In this document: positions 1 through 11,455 of the stretch, piece after piece | Layout: each line of letters starts with the position of its first letter | Position numbering within the stretch: position 1 is the stretch's first letter | Source: Microbotryum violaceum | Lineage: Eukaryota | DNA length: 64,000 bases | NCBI GenBank assembly: GCA_001244265.2 | Contig: CDLV01000014.1 | Coordinates: forward strand, 992,001 to 1,056,000 | Direction: 5' to 3' | Position numbers and translations under genes: made by a program | The notes under the pieces: generated by a model | What the model saw: the letters and a program-made list of their open reading frames with translations, nothing else | Databases searched by the model: none | What the model was told of the DNA's origin: nothing

Positions 1-1120
1 GTGCGTTGTACTCACGATCGAGCAGCAAACCCACTCCCCCATTTCTTGAGCAAAGCTTCCCTCCGCTCGCCCCCCAGTAGGCTATCGGCGTTCCATAGCC
101 CGTTCTCGCCATCCCTCACCGACCACCCGGTTGCTGCCTCGGATGCAGTCCAGACTATCCGAGCCGGCTTTCCCCGTGAAGCAGCCGAAGCGCGGAGTGA
201 GGGAATCTGGAGACAGGCGAGCCTGAGTGAGTTGGGGCTAATGGTGAGCTCCGAGGGAGAAGGACACTCACGAGATATTTGACAAAGTAATAGTGACCCA
301 AAACATTGGTTCCTATGACCCGACCAAAGCGGAAAAAGACTTGTCAATTTGCCCGCTCGAGAGGTTGCAAATCCCTAGTCCTCGGCGACGAACCAAAAGC
401 TGCGAGAGGAGGAAAAGAAGAAGGTTCAGCAAGACCATCCGATAAGGATTGATCATCTTGACGCATAGCTCACTGAGATCGTATCCATCTTTGGTCAATT
501 GATCGACCTGAGGCATCGCGACACCGCTGTTCGTTGAACAAAGCAGCCCATCGGATGAGCTCAAACCCCGGGTCTCGGCGATGGGTCACCTCGTCCGATC
601 AATGGAGCTGCACTCACGCATTAACGTAGAGCAGATCAAGCCGTTCCTCCAGGCTCGAGAACTGTTCCGCACTCTTCTTCAACGAGACCAAATCGCACAA
701 ATCCATCTTGATCCAGATCGCCTTCCCCTGGACATTCGTTTGCCGCTCGAGCGCCTCGATCGCCTTCATTACTCGTTCCTCACTCCTCGCGGCGATGTAC
801 ACTTTGGCGTTCTTGAGCATCAGCCGCTTGACCGTCTCGAGGCCGATACCGGCATTCCCTCCCGTCACCATCACGATCTGTGTACCGCATGCACCAGCAT
901 GTCAGTCGCCACATCCTCATAGGGCACGGAGTATCGTTCGCTCGAACGACCCGTCGCCCGCACTGTCTCCCGAAATGGGACCCGTTCTCGGAGTTGCAGC
1001 CTCGCTCACCTGGCCGGTCATATCGGGCATATCCCGCTCGGCATCGTACGCGGACGGAGGTGGGAGCCAGGATCGACTGATCCCACTGTTGGGTGCGATC
1101 TTGGCGACGATGGAACCCAT
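1..1120 (-). CDS. Short-chain dehydrogenase/reductase (retinol-DH/WWOX-like), multi-exon, 3' end beyond window start
   Basis: Spliced protein MGSIVAKIAP...DMPDMTGQ|IVMVTGGNAGIGLETVKRL...LDLLYVNA|GVAMP...GYDLT|FG|TNVLGHYYF. It has the TGxxxGIG Rossmann motif, NAG and FGTNxLGH motifs, and GT..AG introns. Confidence 0.92.
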
Positions 1121-1593
1121 ACTTAATTCGAGTCGAGTCGAGGTCAACGGTACGAGACAAAAAAGTCGAAGGAAGTCGAATGATTAGCGCCGCGCCGGCG
1201 GCGCAATAGTCGCGCAATAAATTAACCTACTTCCGTATTTTAATGACTTTTAATGAAGACGCCCGGAGCCTTTTCCCGGAGCCTTTTCCGTTCCTTTAGG
1301 GTTGTAGCCGCGCTTTTCAACTCCCATTGGCTACTCTCGCGGCGACCAGTCAAATCCCGGCATGGGCCTCGAGATTAATCAAAGCTCTAATGAATGACAG
1401 TATTTAACGGCAGGATAGGACACCACCAAACCAGAAGCATCCGTATGAACTACACGATGGCATGAGCTCCATTTATTAACAATCGTAAAAAATACTATAA
1501 ACTGCTTGCAAGGAAACGCAATCACGTAATTTGGATCGAACGCCAGAGGTGGCCCTGTCATTCGGACCGCATCTTGTCCGGCGAATGGCGCTC

Positions 1594-4212
1594 TCAGTGC
1601 AGAACCTCTTTCGTCTCGGGCGTGTGCTCCTCGTCTTGTGCCTTCTTCTCCCTGATACCGAAGTTCTGTGTGGCGCACAGCTCTGGATTAATGGTGAAGA
1701 AAGCACTTGAGCACAACGTCGAAATCTTCACCTCATCGGTCTCCGTCTGCAATGCCAACGACTCCATGAACAGCGATGCGATCAAGCCGACTCCACCCTG
1801 TGAACAATCGCGTGCAGAATGAAGTCAGCAGGGGGTAGGAAGCACTTGTGGTCATCATACACTTCGAGCGCAAACTTACGAAACCGATCATGACCTGCCA
1901 GATGCGTTGAATTGAATGAGCGAACGCGAGTCGGACGGTGCTCCTCAGGGGTTCGGGCCTGCTCATTCACCGATCAGCGTCAGTCCAGTGGGCACGACAA
2001 GATCTATAAGAGGAAACGTGTTCCACGCACAAACTCGCAATCGACGGGATCAAAGCGTATGCTCCACTGACACCACCCGGAATCGAAGTGAGCCATTCTT
2101 GAGGCGCCTTCTGCTTGAGCTCGTTGGTCAAGATGACGGAGCCGATTGTCACGCCGAGCAGGTTACCGAAGCTCCTAATGAAGACGAGGAAGCCCAAGGC
2201 AGGACCAGCGAGGACGGGCGAGAGAGGTGCCAGGACGGGGAACACCGTGGCAGCATCTACAGGTGATAAAAGGTCAAGATCAGGGCTGTTCTGGAACGTC
2301 TTAGAGACCATACTTCAGACGGCCATGACTCACAGAGTAGACCCATTCCAATCGAGAAAGGGATCGGCAGCGGGACCCAGGCCTTCTTCGGTGACCCGGC
2401 AGTCACGAGCGAGAGCACTCCAGGACCCACGGTCATCAGAACCCACGCGATAACGTTCTGCGCCTTGTAATGTTGAAAGATACCGATCGAGGCTCCGGCA
2501 ACCATAGCAAAGGGGGCGACGACGAAAGCGACCGAGAAGAAGTCGACGGCGGACTTGATCGGCCCGGCTCCCTTGATGGCTTGGAAGTAGGTGGGCCAGT
2601 AGTAGAAGAGCTGGGTTCAGAAGAGACGTCGTGTCAGCAACGATTGTAGGTGGATTAGATTATAATCGTGACCTCTAGGGACTCACAGCAAGACCCGAGA
2701 TTCCGTGGATGAACGTCGTGAAAAAACCAATAATTGTGGTTCGGTTCTTCATCACGCTGAAAGGCACAGTAGGATGCGTGGCATATCGAGACTCGTAGAC
2801 GCCCCACACGAGTAGACCGACGATTCCAATGATGAGGGGAGCTAGGACATGCGCAGATGACCACGGGTACGGTGCACCGCCCCACACCAGCCCGATGATC
2901 AAGAGCGTGATCGAGACGATGAAGATGAAGTTGCCCAAAAAGTCGATTCGGGCCAGGTTTTCCTGACGAGTCCCAGGAGGTTTATTGAGCTTCATGCAGA
3001 GCGTCACGACGATGGCAATGAAGAATGAAAGAGGCAAGTTGATGTAGAACAAGGCCGGCCAGTATGCTTGCGCGAGGGCACCCCCGATAATGGGTCCAGT
3101 CGCGGATGCGAGCGACCAAATTGCGCCGAACAAGCCTTGGTAGGTTCCTCGCTCCGACAATGGCACAAGATCGGCCAGCACGATCTCAGTCAACGTGAGG
3201 ATCGATCCAGCACCGACACCTTGGAGCGCTCGACCGGCGAGCATCAAGTCGATGCTCTTGGCCGCACCGCACATGGCACTGCCGACGAAGAAGAAGGCGA
3301 GGGCAACGAGCAGAACTTCGCGACGACCAAAGATGGCCGAAAGACCTCCCGCCAGGGGGATGAATGCGCAACTCGTTACACTGCGAAATTAAGCATTTTA
3401 TGTGAACTACTTTAGCACCGATTCCGAGAAAGCGAGCGAGCCACATTTGGAGAACTCACGAGTAGGCATTGGCGATCCAAGCGAATTCTCGGCTGTCGAG
3501 AGCTTCGGCGATGGTGGGTAGCGCCGTACTGATGGCTGAGGAGTTTCCATGCAAGGAATGATCATCGATGCATATCGTCGTCAATTAAAGTGCATCCAAA
3601 GTGCGTGAATTGACTGCAATGCGGCAACAAGGCGTGCCATGACCACCACCGTCCGAGTCAAAGTCTTTTACCGATCGCTGGGTGACCGGTGACTTTCACG
3701 TGCGCGGACGCGTTGTGTGCCTAGTCAAAGCAGTGATCGCTAGTGATCTAGTAGTGATCGGCCAACTCGGACAGTCTCGGCCCTCTTTTCGCAAGGCTCA
3801 GGCTGGCTCAACTCTAATCATCATTCAACTCACCAGTTACATCAAGTGCAGCCAAGAAGGTTGCCAGCATCAACGAGACGATGATGAGCCAGAACCTGAT
3901 ACCCTTCTCCGAGCACGTGGCCGCGTCGGTCGTCTCGATCGGCGCGCCGCTTGAGGTCGATGACGACGTCTGCAATGGCGCATGCTGATCGTGGCCATCG
4001 CGGCTCGGGTGTTGGGCCACGACTCCGGCGTCGGTGGACTTGTGGGCGGCAACAGCCGTAGCGTTCCCATCAGCGATGGTGCTGCCACTCAAATTGAATG
4101 GTCGTTCTGCATTCATGTTTCGTGAAAAGAGCGTCGAGGTTTCGGAAGGGTGAGGCAGAGCCGGATCCAGTTCGCGAATGGGCAAAGCCGGGCCCTTGCT
4201 CTTCGCAATCAT
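1594..4212 (-). CDS. MFS transporter, 14-TMS drug:H+ antiporter (DHA2-like), multi-exon
   Basis: ORF segments FWLIIVSLMLATFLAALD, GRALQGVGAG...IVLADLVPLSERGTYQGLFGAIWSLASATGPIIGGAL, FYINLP and FIRSFGNLLGVTIG. The start is either 4212 or 4116. Confidence 0.92.
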
Positions 4213-4593
4213 TTCCCGACTGCGCTCCAAAGGCTTGTTCCCGGAGCAACGCCGATGGCTGCTGGTGTTTCTGATGCACGCTCCTACAAGAGGCTCTGTG
4301 TGTCTCATGACTGTGAGATCCATCTCATTACAATCCTCGACTTTTGCTTTCTCTAATGATACTTGGGTTTGTCAATTCGTAAGAGTGGGATCAGGACGCG
4401 AGCTGCTGAACTCCCCGAATGACTAGAGTCAGCGAATTGAGAACCTTGCTCGATCGGTACCGACGCTGGGAGCGGAGGGTAAGGGTTGTTCGAGCCAAAA
4501 CTATCCGTTCATTAGGCGTCTGATGTACCTTTCCCCAGACCTCAGCTTACGTGATCATACGCCATGTGTACGTTCTACACGGAACGGCCAATC

Positions 4594-5249
4594 TCAGCCC
4601 GAAGCCCGCACGGGAGCTTTCTTTGCGATCCAGGACGGCTCAGGCCCAGTCATGAACCTTGACGACTTGACCTGGCTTCGTTGACGGCCTTCGGCATTCT
4701 TTTCCCGTACCTTGATGGCGGTGACAAGCTTTCGACGCGGCTGAGCGGCCGTGGATGCTGAGTGATTATGCGATGGATTCGAGCAGGTGTGAGCTTCGTG
4801 TGGGGTGCCACTTTCACGTGATTCGCTGCGCAGATCGATCGGAACGAGCGTCGATGTCATGGCAAGACGACTCAAATGCTCGGCTTGGTGCTGCAAGAAG
4901 CGACGACACAAGATCGAGTGGTGTCAACATCCAGCTGAGCAGTGATGGGGAGTCTGCTAAGCAAGACGGACTTCGAGATTGTCACGATAGATCTCGGCGT
5001 CCATCCATCGCTCGGATTGTTCTTGACTTGCTTCGACGAGTCCGCGAGATGCATCAAACTCCGAACTGGATTGGGTCGGCACCAAAGTACACGACAGTCA
5101 GCCGTTGCGAGCGGAGGGATGTTGGGGGGGACGAACCGAGCTCGAAAGACGATGAGGTTGGTGCGGTGATGGTCTGGCATTCTAAGGGCGATACGTAATA
5201 TCGAGCGGTACAGAGCAAGTGTGGTCGCTCGAGGTGATATGTTGGACAT
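4594..5249 (-). CDS. LYR-motif (Complex1_LYR) mitochondrial protein with basic C-terminal extension, 3 exons
   Basis: MSNISPRATTLALYRSILRIALRMP...FRAR|SEFDASRGL...IYRDNLE|HQAEHL.... The LYR tripeptide and downstream R.EF motif are present, and both introns restore the frame. Confidence 0.8.
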
Positions 5250-6659
5250 TGCGACTCGGCTCTGTCTCGCTTCGAGGCTCTGCAAGGGCTTGATTGAACG
5301 GTCCGCGGTTAGTTCAGCAAAGAGTGCGCGTGATAGGTAACTGGTGGAGGAAGTGCTCACATTTCTTTGATCCAAAAGGTTCACTCCGAGGTCGCCAGCG
5401 GGCCTGCATCCCACATGCGCCGTGGTTGTCCCAGATCGGCACGGAACGAGTGCGAAGGTGCGCGCCCGGCAAGAAATCGGAAGCGCGAGTTGACGCGCTT
5501 CGGCCGGCCCCTGACACGCTGCGGCTGGCAGCGCTCCGTGCGAGAAAATAGAGGTATGGAATTGGATGCTTGAGAAGCAGGTCATTTGGTCTATTATTGA
5601 TCCCGTAGCATCGCTGTTTCGGTGATGTGACCACAGGTTTTCCCGTTGTTTTGAGCCAAGCAGGGCTCCCCATTAGATGTCTAGATATCTATCTTAGCAC
5701 ATCTCGCTAAGATATAGATGTCATCTTATCTAGGGGCCAAATATCTTAGATAGATAGATAAGGCCCCGGGGGTTTCCTCAGATATCTTTAGACATCTTAA
5801 CTTTTTTTGTGTTTGGTACAGACTCCTGTTGCGTTGGAAGTTGTAGTTTCCCCTAAGGAGGTTCTTGCTCGCTAGCGAGGACATCGACTTTCAAATCGTG
5901 TTCGGCTCAATGCCCATGTTTGTGCCGCAGGGTTTGGCCCAAGCGCTAACCGCGGGTGAGGCGTCCCGGGACGGCTTGCCGACGGGCCAATTTGGAAGCT
6001 GAGGCCTTCAGACGTTTTTGCTGCCAGAGCGTGCTTCATCAACTAATCACACAAATCGCACGAAGAAAGAAGGTGCAATTGCGACATTTTGGGAACTTCA
6101 ATGTACCCGCGCCGTTTTCTCTTCTTTCGTCGCACACTCGCACTCACACCTCGCCGAACGACTATACTAGTAATCGATAGTCTTTGCTAAAGCAGCTTGG
6201 AGTCGGACGTCCGTACGGCTGAGGAGGAGCTTGCGAGTACGAAATTCGCCACCAACGATGAGGCACAGACTTACTACTTTCGACTGAGAGGAGGCTCTGC
6301 AAACGATCGCTGGCAAGCTAGCTAGTTCAGCTGAGAAAGTAAAGTTAAGGACGTCATGGCGGTCGTTCCCAGCGGAGGTGGAGATTTCGGACGACTCTGA
6401 CGACACTGATTAGCACAACGATCGGCCTCAATGCATTCTCCCGCTTGACCAAGCAAGAATTCTACTTCCCAGCACTTATCAATAAAATAGAATCAGAAAA
6501 CAGTGAACAGAAAGCCAGCTTTGCCTGTTCATCCACATTTTGTGATACTTAAATTGTGGTACTGGCCACCCAACAGGCTCCCACGAGTCCCAAACGACCG
6601 CCTCCAAGCGAAGATATCTGGCATCTTATCCTTATCCTTAAAACTTATCTTCTATTCTA

Positions 6660-9264
6660 TCTATATAAATGAATCTGTGTGGCTAAAGAACGTCAAAGAA
6701 CGTCAGAGAACGAAAGACAAACCACGTGGTTTGACGTCATCGGCAGCTCTCGGTCCATCGCGTCTCAGTTAGCTAGCGCTGTTTCAGCATCGGCGAGACC
6801 GCGTCGCCTACCTTCGTCGAGGTTCCATTCCCATCAAAGCAGCCTGGCACATGACTCTCTGCTTCCCAGACGACCGGTTTTGCGTGTCTGCCACATCGTA
6901 GTGTAGTCCCTTCAGCCATCCAGTTCTGCCACTGCCGAAGAGTCATCTGCAAGCTTTCACGTCCCGTCTGCTGTACAACAATCTTCACGGAGAGCAGAGG
7001 GGCAGCAGAGACGTCGGCAGCTGCTCGCGTTCCTCCTCCGCACAGTCCGACTCCTCCCGACTCCCGCTCTAATCGCACAGACGCCGCCGCCAGCAACCTC
7101 GAACAATCGCCGAAGCTCAGCGGCAACGATGCCTTCGCCAGAAGCAGCAGCGCGAGACCGATCAAGACGACGTCGCGCAAACTGGTTCGTCAAGTCAATT
7201 GCACCGGCAGCAGGCAATCTCAATGTCGCACGGCAAGTGCAACGGGCCCGCAGTTCTTCACCTCCAAGCTTGACATTCGTTCGTCCACGCTTTGAAGCAG
7301 TTCCAGACCTCGGGTAGCGTCGGCCAGTGCGCCAATGCCGCCGTTAGGGGCCCCGCCAGCGTGTCACTGGCCTTCACTCCACGACGTTCCGCGGCCTTCC
7401 ACGACATTCTATGAGTCCGGTTCAAACTGAGGCGCAGGCTTCTCCATCTTTCTCCCTCCTGCTCTTCACACCTTACCCATCGCACCTCATCCCGTCGCCA
7501 CCTCAAGCTTCCGACATCCGAAGCGGTTGCCGTGGAAGCTCTGCAACGAATACGGAATCAAGAAATGGCTGCATGCAACATAGCTACGAATTCGAGTAAG
7601 TAACTTCATGGATTGTGCTCTTGCTGTGTTGTTCAGAAGCTAATGGAAAATTACCAAACAGCAATTCCCTTCAACACGTCCTCTTTGAATGTCAATCCTA
7701 CCATCAGCGCATGCGTGAGTTATCCCTTGACATTGCTGTGCCGTTTTAGATATGACGGAAAAACTGATACGAAAAACAGACATTGGACGTCAGTGATACA
7801 GCGGAAGGATTGACTTCGTACGATTGAGAATCCGGGTCATTGGGACACTAAATGTGAGTCTTCACTGCCATTGCTACAGATGAACAACAGCAAGAATACT
7901 GATAGTTGTAAAGGACGAATCACGCAAAAAAAAAGTCCGTTAATTGCGGCTCACCATCCCGTGGCAGATCCTCAACGGCTCGGTTCGGTGGAGTGACCGT
8001 CGCGATGGCAGGTGTGTGCCAATCTTTCAAAAGCAAAGCGCAGGGCAGCATGACTAAGTAACTGACCTGTTGGACTCTAACATCACAGGGGATCCGAAAC
8101 AATGCCTTCCCGTTATTTCCAAGTCATCGCCTACACAAATCGTCGACACTTGCATCATGAATGCTGACTTCTGCGGGGATCTCTCTGTAAGTGGTAGTCC
8201 TTGCCTGACCTTTAGATCCTATACTAGGCTAACAACGGCACGGTGCGAGCGCAGACAAACATGCCTCTTCTGGTCGCGGCAAACCGCATGACCGAAACGG
8301 AACAGGCAAAGGCACAGGGCTTTGCAGATGGGCTCTTCGGAGTTCGAAGTTGGAGACGGGTCGGCAAACGAAACAGAAGCCTATCGCGCTCCCACGTGAG
8401 CTTCTCCTGCCGGCGACCACGAGGAACAGCTCCGGGTTGATCAGACATGTCTATCCCGTCCCCGTGCTCGAACTGGACAATATGTCGATAGGCGAAGAAG
8501 TCGAATACTTCCGAGAGCGAGCAAAACTGGGCGTGGATCACATCAACAACATGGTGCTCGACCTGCTGCCGCGACGCTACAGATGGACAACAGCAAGAAT
8601 ACTGATAGTTGCACGACGCCTCGGAGGTCTGAAGGCCAGCAACGACATCGTCAACGAGAAAGGCTCGAGCAAGAGCGTTCCGGTCCGGTCCCACACAGTT
8701 CTTCGCCGAACCCTGCCTCTACCGCATCAACATCGACGAATCATTCTACTTCCAGAAGATCTAGGGCACAACAATTGCGGAGACTCAGGGAAAGGCAGCA
8801 AAATGATTCTATCAATCGATCACCTCCACCCCAGCCAACGCCCGCTGTCAACTCTATCCCGCAGCGATGACCTCACAGTCCGGAACCTTCGGAAGCGCGT
8901 TCAGTTCGCGCACGGTGACATCCACCCGCCGCACAGTCACCGATTGCACTGCGTCCACTGCCGAGAGCCTACCCTCGACACGACTTAGGTGCAAAGGATC
9001 TTCTGTGTCGGAAGTGTAGCGCCTTCTACTGGGACTTTGAACGCTGGGGAGGACGGGACACTCCAGTATTCAGGGCATGTTGCAACGACGGCAAGGTGGG
9101 GCTGCCGATGATCAAAGCTCGGAACTTCTGTCCAGTCCTGCAAGAACTCCCGAAAACATAGATGAAAGCAGCATAGAACCGTAGCCATCTGCAATCTGCA
9201 ATAATGTAACAGAACTGCTGATTTTCAATGTGAGGTGGCGCGCGGAGCGCGCCGCCGAACCTAG
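6660..9264 (+). mobile_element. Defective Helitron copy A
   Basis: 5' A|TCTATATAAAT. 3' hairpin GGCGCGCGGAGCGCGCC followed by GCCGAAC-CTAG|T. Internal Pif1 helicase and Rep-type zinc motif fragments. Confidence 0.85.
7960..8570 (+). pseudogene. Helitron Pif1-family helicase remnant
   Basis: FGGVTVAMAG|DPKQCLPVISKSSPTQIVDTCIMNADF, TNM.LL...FAD.L..VGDG, and IALPRELLL...LIRHVYP...[19 protein letters not shown]. These are Helitron helicase motifs with frameshifts and deletions. Confidence 0.85.
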
Positions 9265-11288
9265 TAGTAAAATAAAAAAACGTCCTGAGACATAGACAAA
9301 CCACGTGGCACAAACCACGTTGCATGACGTCATAGCAGCTCTCGGTCCAGCGTCCCAGCTAGCTAGCGCTGTTTCAGACCGTTTCGCCTACGTTCGCCTA
9401 CGTTCGTCGAGCTTCCATTGAATAACACGTGACCCTCTGTGTCTCGAAGCAGACTGTTTTGCGTGTCTACCACGTCAACGGCAAAGAACGTCAGAGAACG
9501 GGAGATAAACCACGTGGCGACAGACCGTTCCGTCCACGTTCGCTGAGGTTCCAACGTTCGTCGAGGTTCCATTTCCCATCAAAGCAGCTGGGCACGTGAC
9601 CCTCTGCTTCGGGCTTCACTCCACAATGTTCCGCAGCCTTCCGCGACATTCTATGAGTCCGGTTTAAACTGAGGCGCAGGCTTCTCCATCTTTCTCCCTC
9701 CTGCTCTTCACACCTTACCCATCGCACCTCATCCCGTCGCCACCTCAAGCTTCCGACATCCGAAGCGGTTGCCGTGGAAGCTCTGCAACGAATACGGAAT
9801 CAAGAAATGGCTGCAAGCAACATAGCTACGAATTCGAGTAAGTAACTTCATGGATTGTGCTCTTGCTGTGTTGTTCAGAAGCTAATGGAAAACTACCAAG
9901 CAGGAATTCCCTTCAACACATCCTCTTCGAATGTCAACGCTCGAGTTGTTTCTTCACCGCCAGCTGGTGACACGCGTACATGAGTCATCCCTTGACATGG
10001 CTGTGCAGTCTTAGATATGACGGAAAAACTGACACCAAAAACAGACATTGAACGTCAGTGAGACAGCGGAAGGATTGACTTCGTACGGTTGAGAATCCGG
10101 GTCATCGGCACACCAAATGTGAGTCTTCACTGCTATTGCTACAGATGGACAACAGCAAGAATACTGATAGTTGCAACGAATCACGCAAGAAAACAGGCTC
10201 TGGTAGCGTGACTTGCGGCTCACCATCCCGTGGCAGGTCCTCAATGTCTCGGTTCGGTGGGGTGACCGTCGTGTTGGCAGGTGTGAGCCAATCTTTCAAA
10301 GGCAAAACGCAGGGCAGCATGACTAATGACCGGTTCGACTGTAACAGCACAGGGGATCCGAAGCAATGTCTTCCCGTTATTCCACGGCTCGGTGCGGTCG
10401 AGTGTGGACCGTCGTGTTGGCAGGTGCGTGCCGATCTTTCAAAAGCAAGGCGCAGGGCAGCATGACTGACTGACCGGTTCGACTGTAACATCACAGGGGA
10501 TCCGAAGCAATGCCGCCCCGTTATTCCACGGCTCGGTTTGGTGGAGTGACCGTCGTGTTGGCAGGTGCGTGCCGATTTTTCAAAAGCAAAACGCAGGGCA
10601 GATGACCAACTGACCGGTTCAACGGTAACATCACAGGGGATCCCAAGCAGTGCCTTCCCGTTGTTCCCAAGTCATCGCCAGCACAAATCGTCGACGCTTG
10701 CATCATGGAATGCTGACTTCGGGGGGACGTTGAGGTGCTGCATCTCTCTATGCTCGAGACAAATAGGCCTCGAACTCGCGACACCCGAAGGGGTCGTCGT
10801 CGAAGCTCTGCCACGAATACGGGACAAGTTTTATCAAGAAATGTCTGCAGCATGCAGTATAGACCCCGTGGCAGATCCTCAACAGCTCGGTTCGGTGGAG
10901 TGACCGTCGCAATGGCAGGTGTGTGCCAATCTTTCAAAAGCAAAACGCAGGGCAGCATGACCAACTGACCGGTTCGACTGTAACATCACAGAAGATCCGA
11001 AGCAATGCCTTCCCGTTATTCTCAAGTCATCGCCTGCATAAATCGTCGACGCTTGCTTCATGGAATGCTGACTTCTGGGGGGAAGTTGGGGTGCTGCTTG
11101 ACTTCGTACGGTTGAGAATCCGGGTCATTGGCACACTAAATGTGAGTCTTTACTGCCCTGGCTAGAGATGGACAACAGCAAGAATAATGATAGTTGCACA
11201 ACGTCTCGGAGGTCTGAAGGCCAGCAACGACGAAGGCGAGAGCGAGAGCGTTCCGGTCCGGTCCCACACAGTTCTTCGCCGAACCTAG
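9265..11288 (+). mobile_element. Defective Helitron copy B, head-to-tail after copy A
   Basis: Repeats blocks of copy A (6690-6900 at 9281-9600; 7371-8170 at 9612-10720). Ends with the same CGCCGAAC-CTAG|T at 11285-11288. Confidence 0.8.
10247..10665 (+). repeat. Three tandem ~140-bp copies of a helicase exon-intron-exon unit (further copies near 7977 and 10885)
   Basis: Each unit reads CGGTTCGGTGGAGTGACCGTCG...GCAG|GT...CACAG|GGGATCCGAAGCAATG...CCGTTATT. Confidence 0.88.
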
Positions 11289-11455
11289 TATCTATTAGAT
11301 ATCTAGGCATCTATCTAAGATATCTGACTAAGATGGGAGATAGATAGATAAGGGCCAGAGCCCGATTTTTTTAGATAGATATCTAATATCTGCGAGATCA
11401 TCTTATCTAATGGGGAACACTGGAGCCAAGGACGGATGTCGGTGCAGTGGGCGAT

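Larger units (their letters stand above)
5661..11422. mobile_element. Non-autonomous hAT-type TIR element (about 1.1 kb own sequence) containing nested Helitrons
   Basis: TIRs CAGGGCTCCCCATTAGAT and CAGTGTTCCCCATTAGAT (rc). Exact 8-bp TSD GAGCCAAG at 5653-5660 and 11423-11430. TAGAT/ATCTA subterminal repeats at both ends. Confidence 0.9.

Noticed and set aside
6167-6412. Coding-like remnant inside the first hAT element
   Set aside because: Too short and degraded. No hAT dimerisation motif can be supported.
10247-11020. Regularly spaced repeats resembling a CRISPR array
   Set aside because: The units are contiguous duplications of a Helitron helicase segment with no unique spacers. The context is eukaryotic and no cas genes are present.
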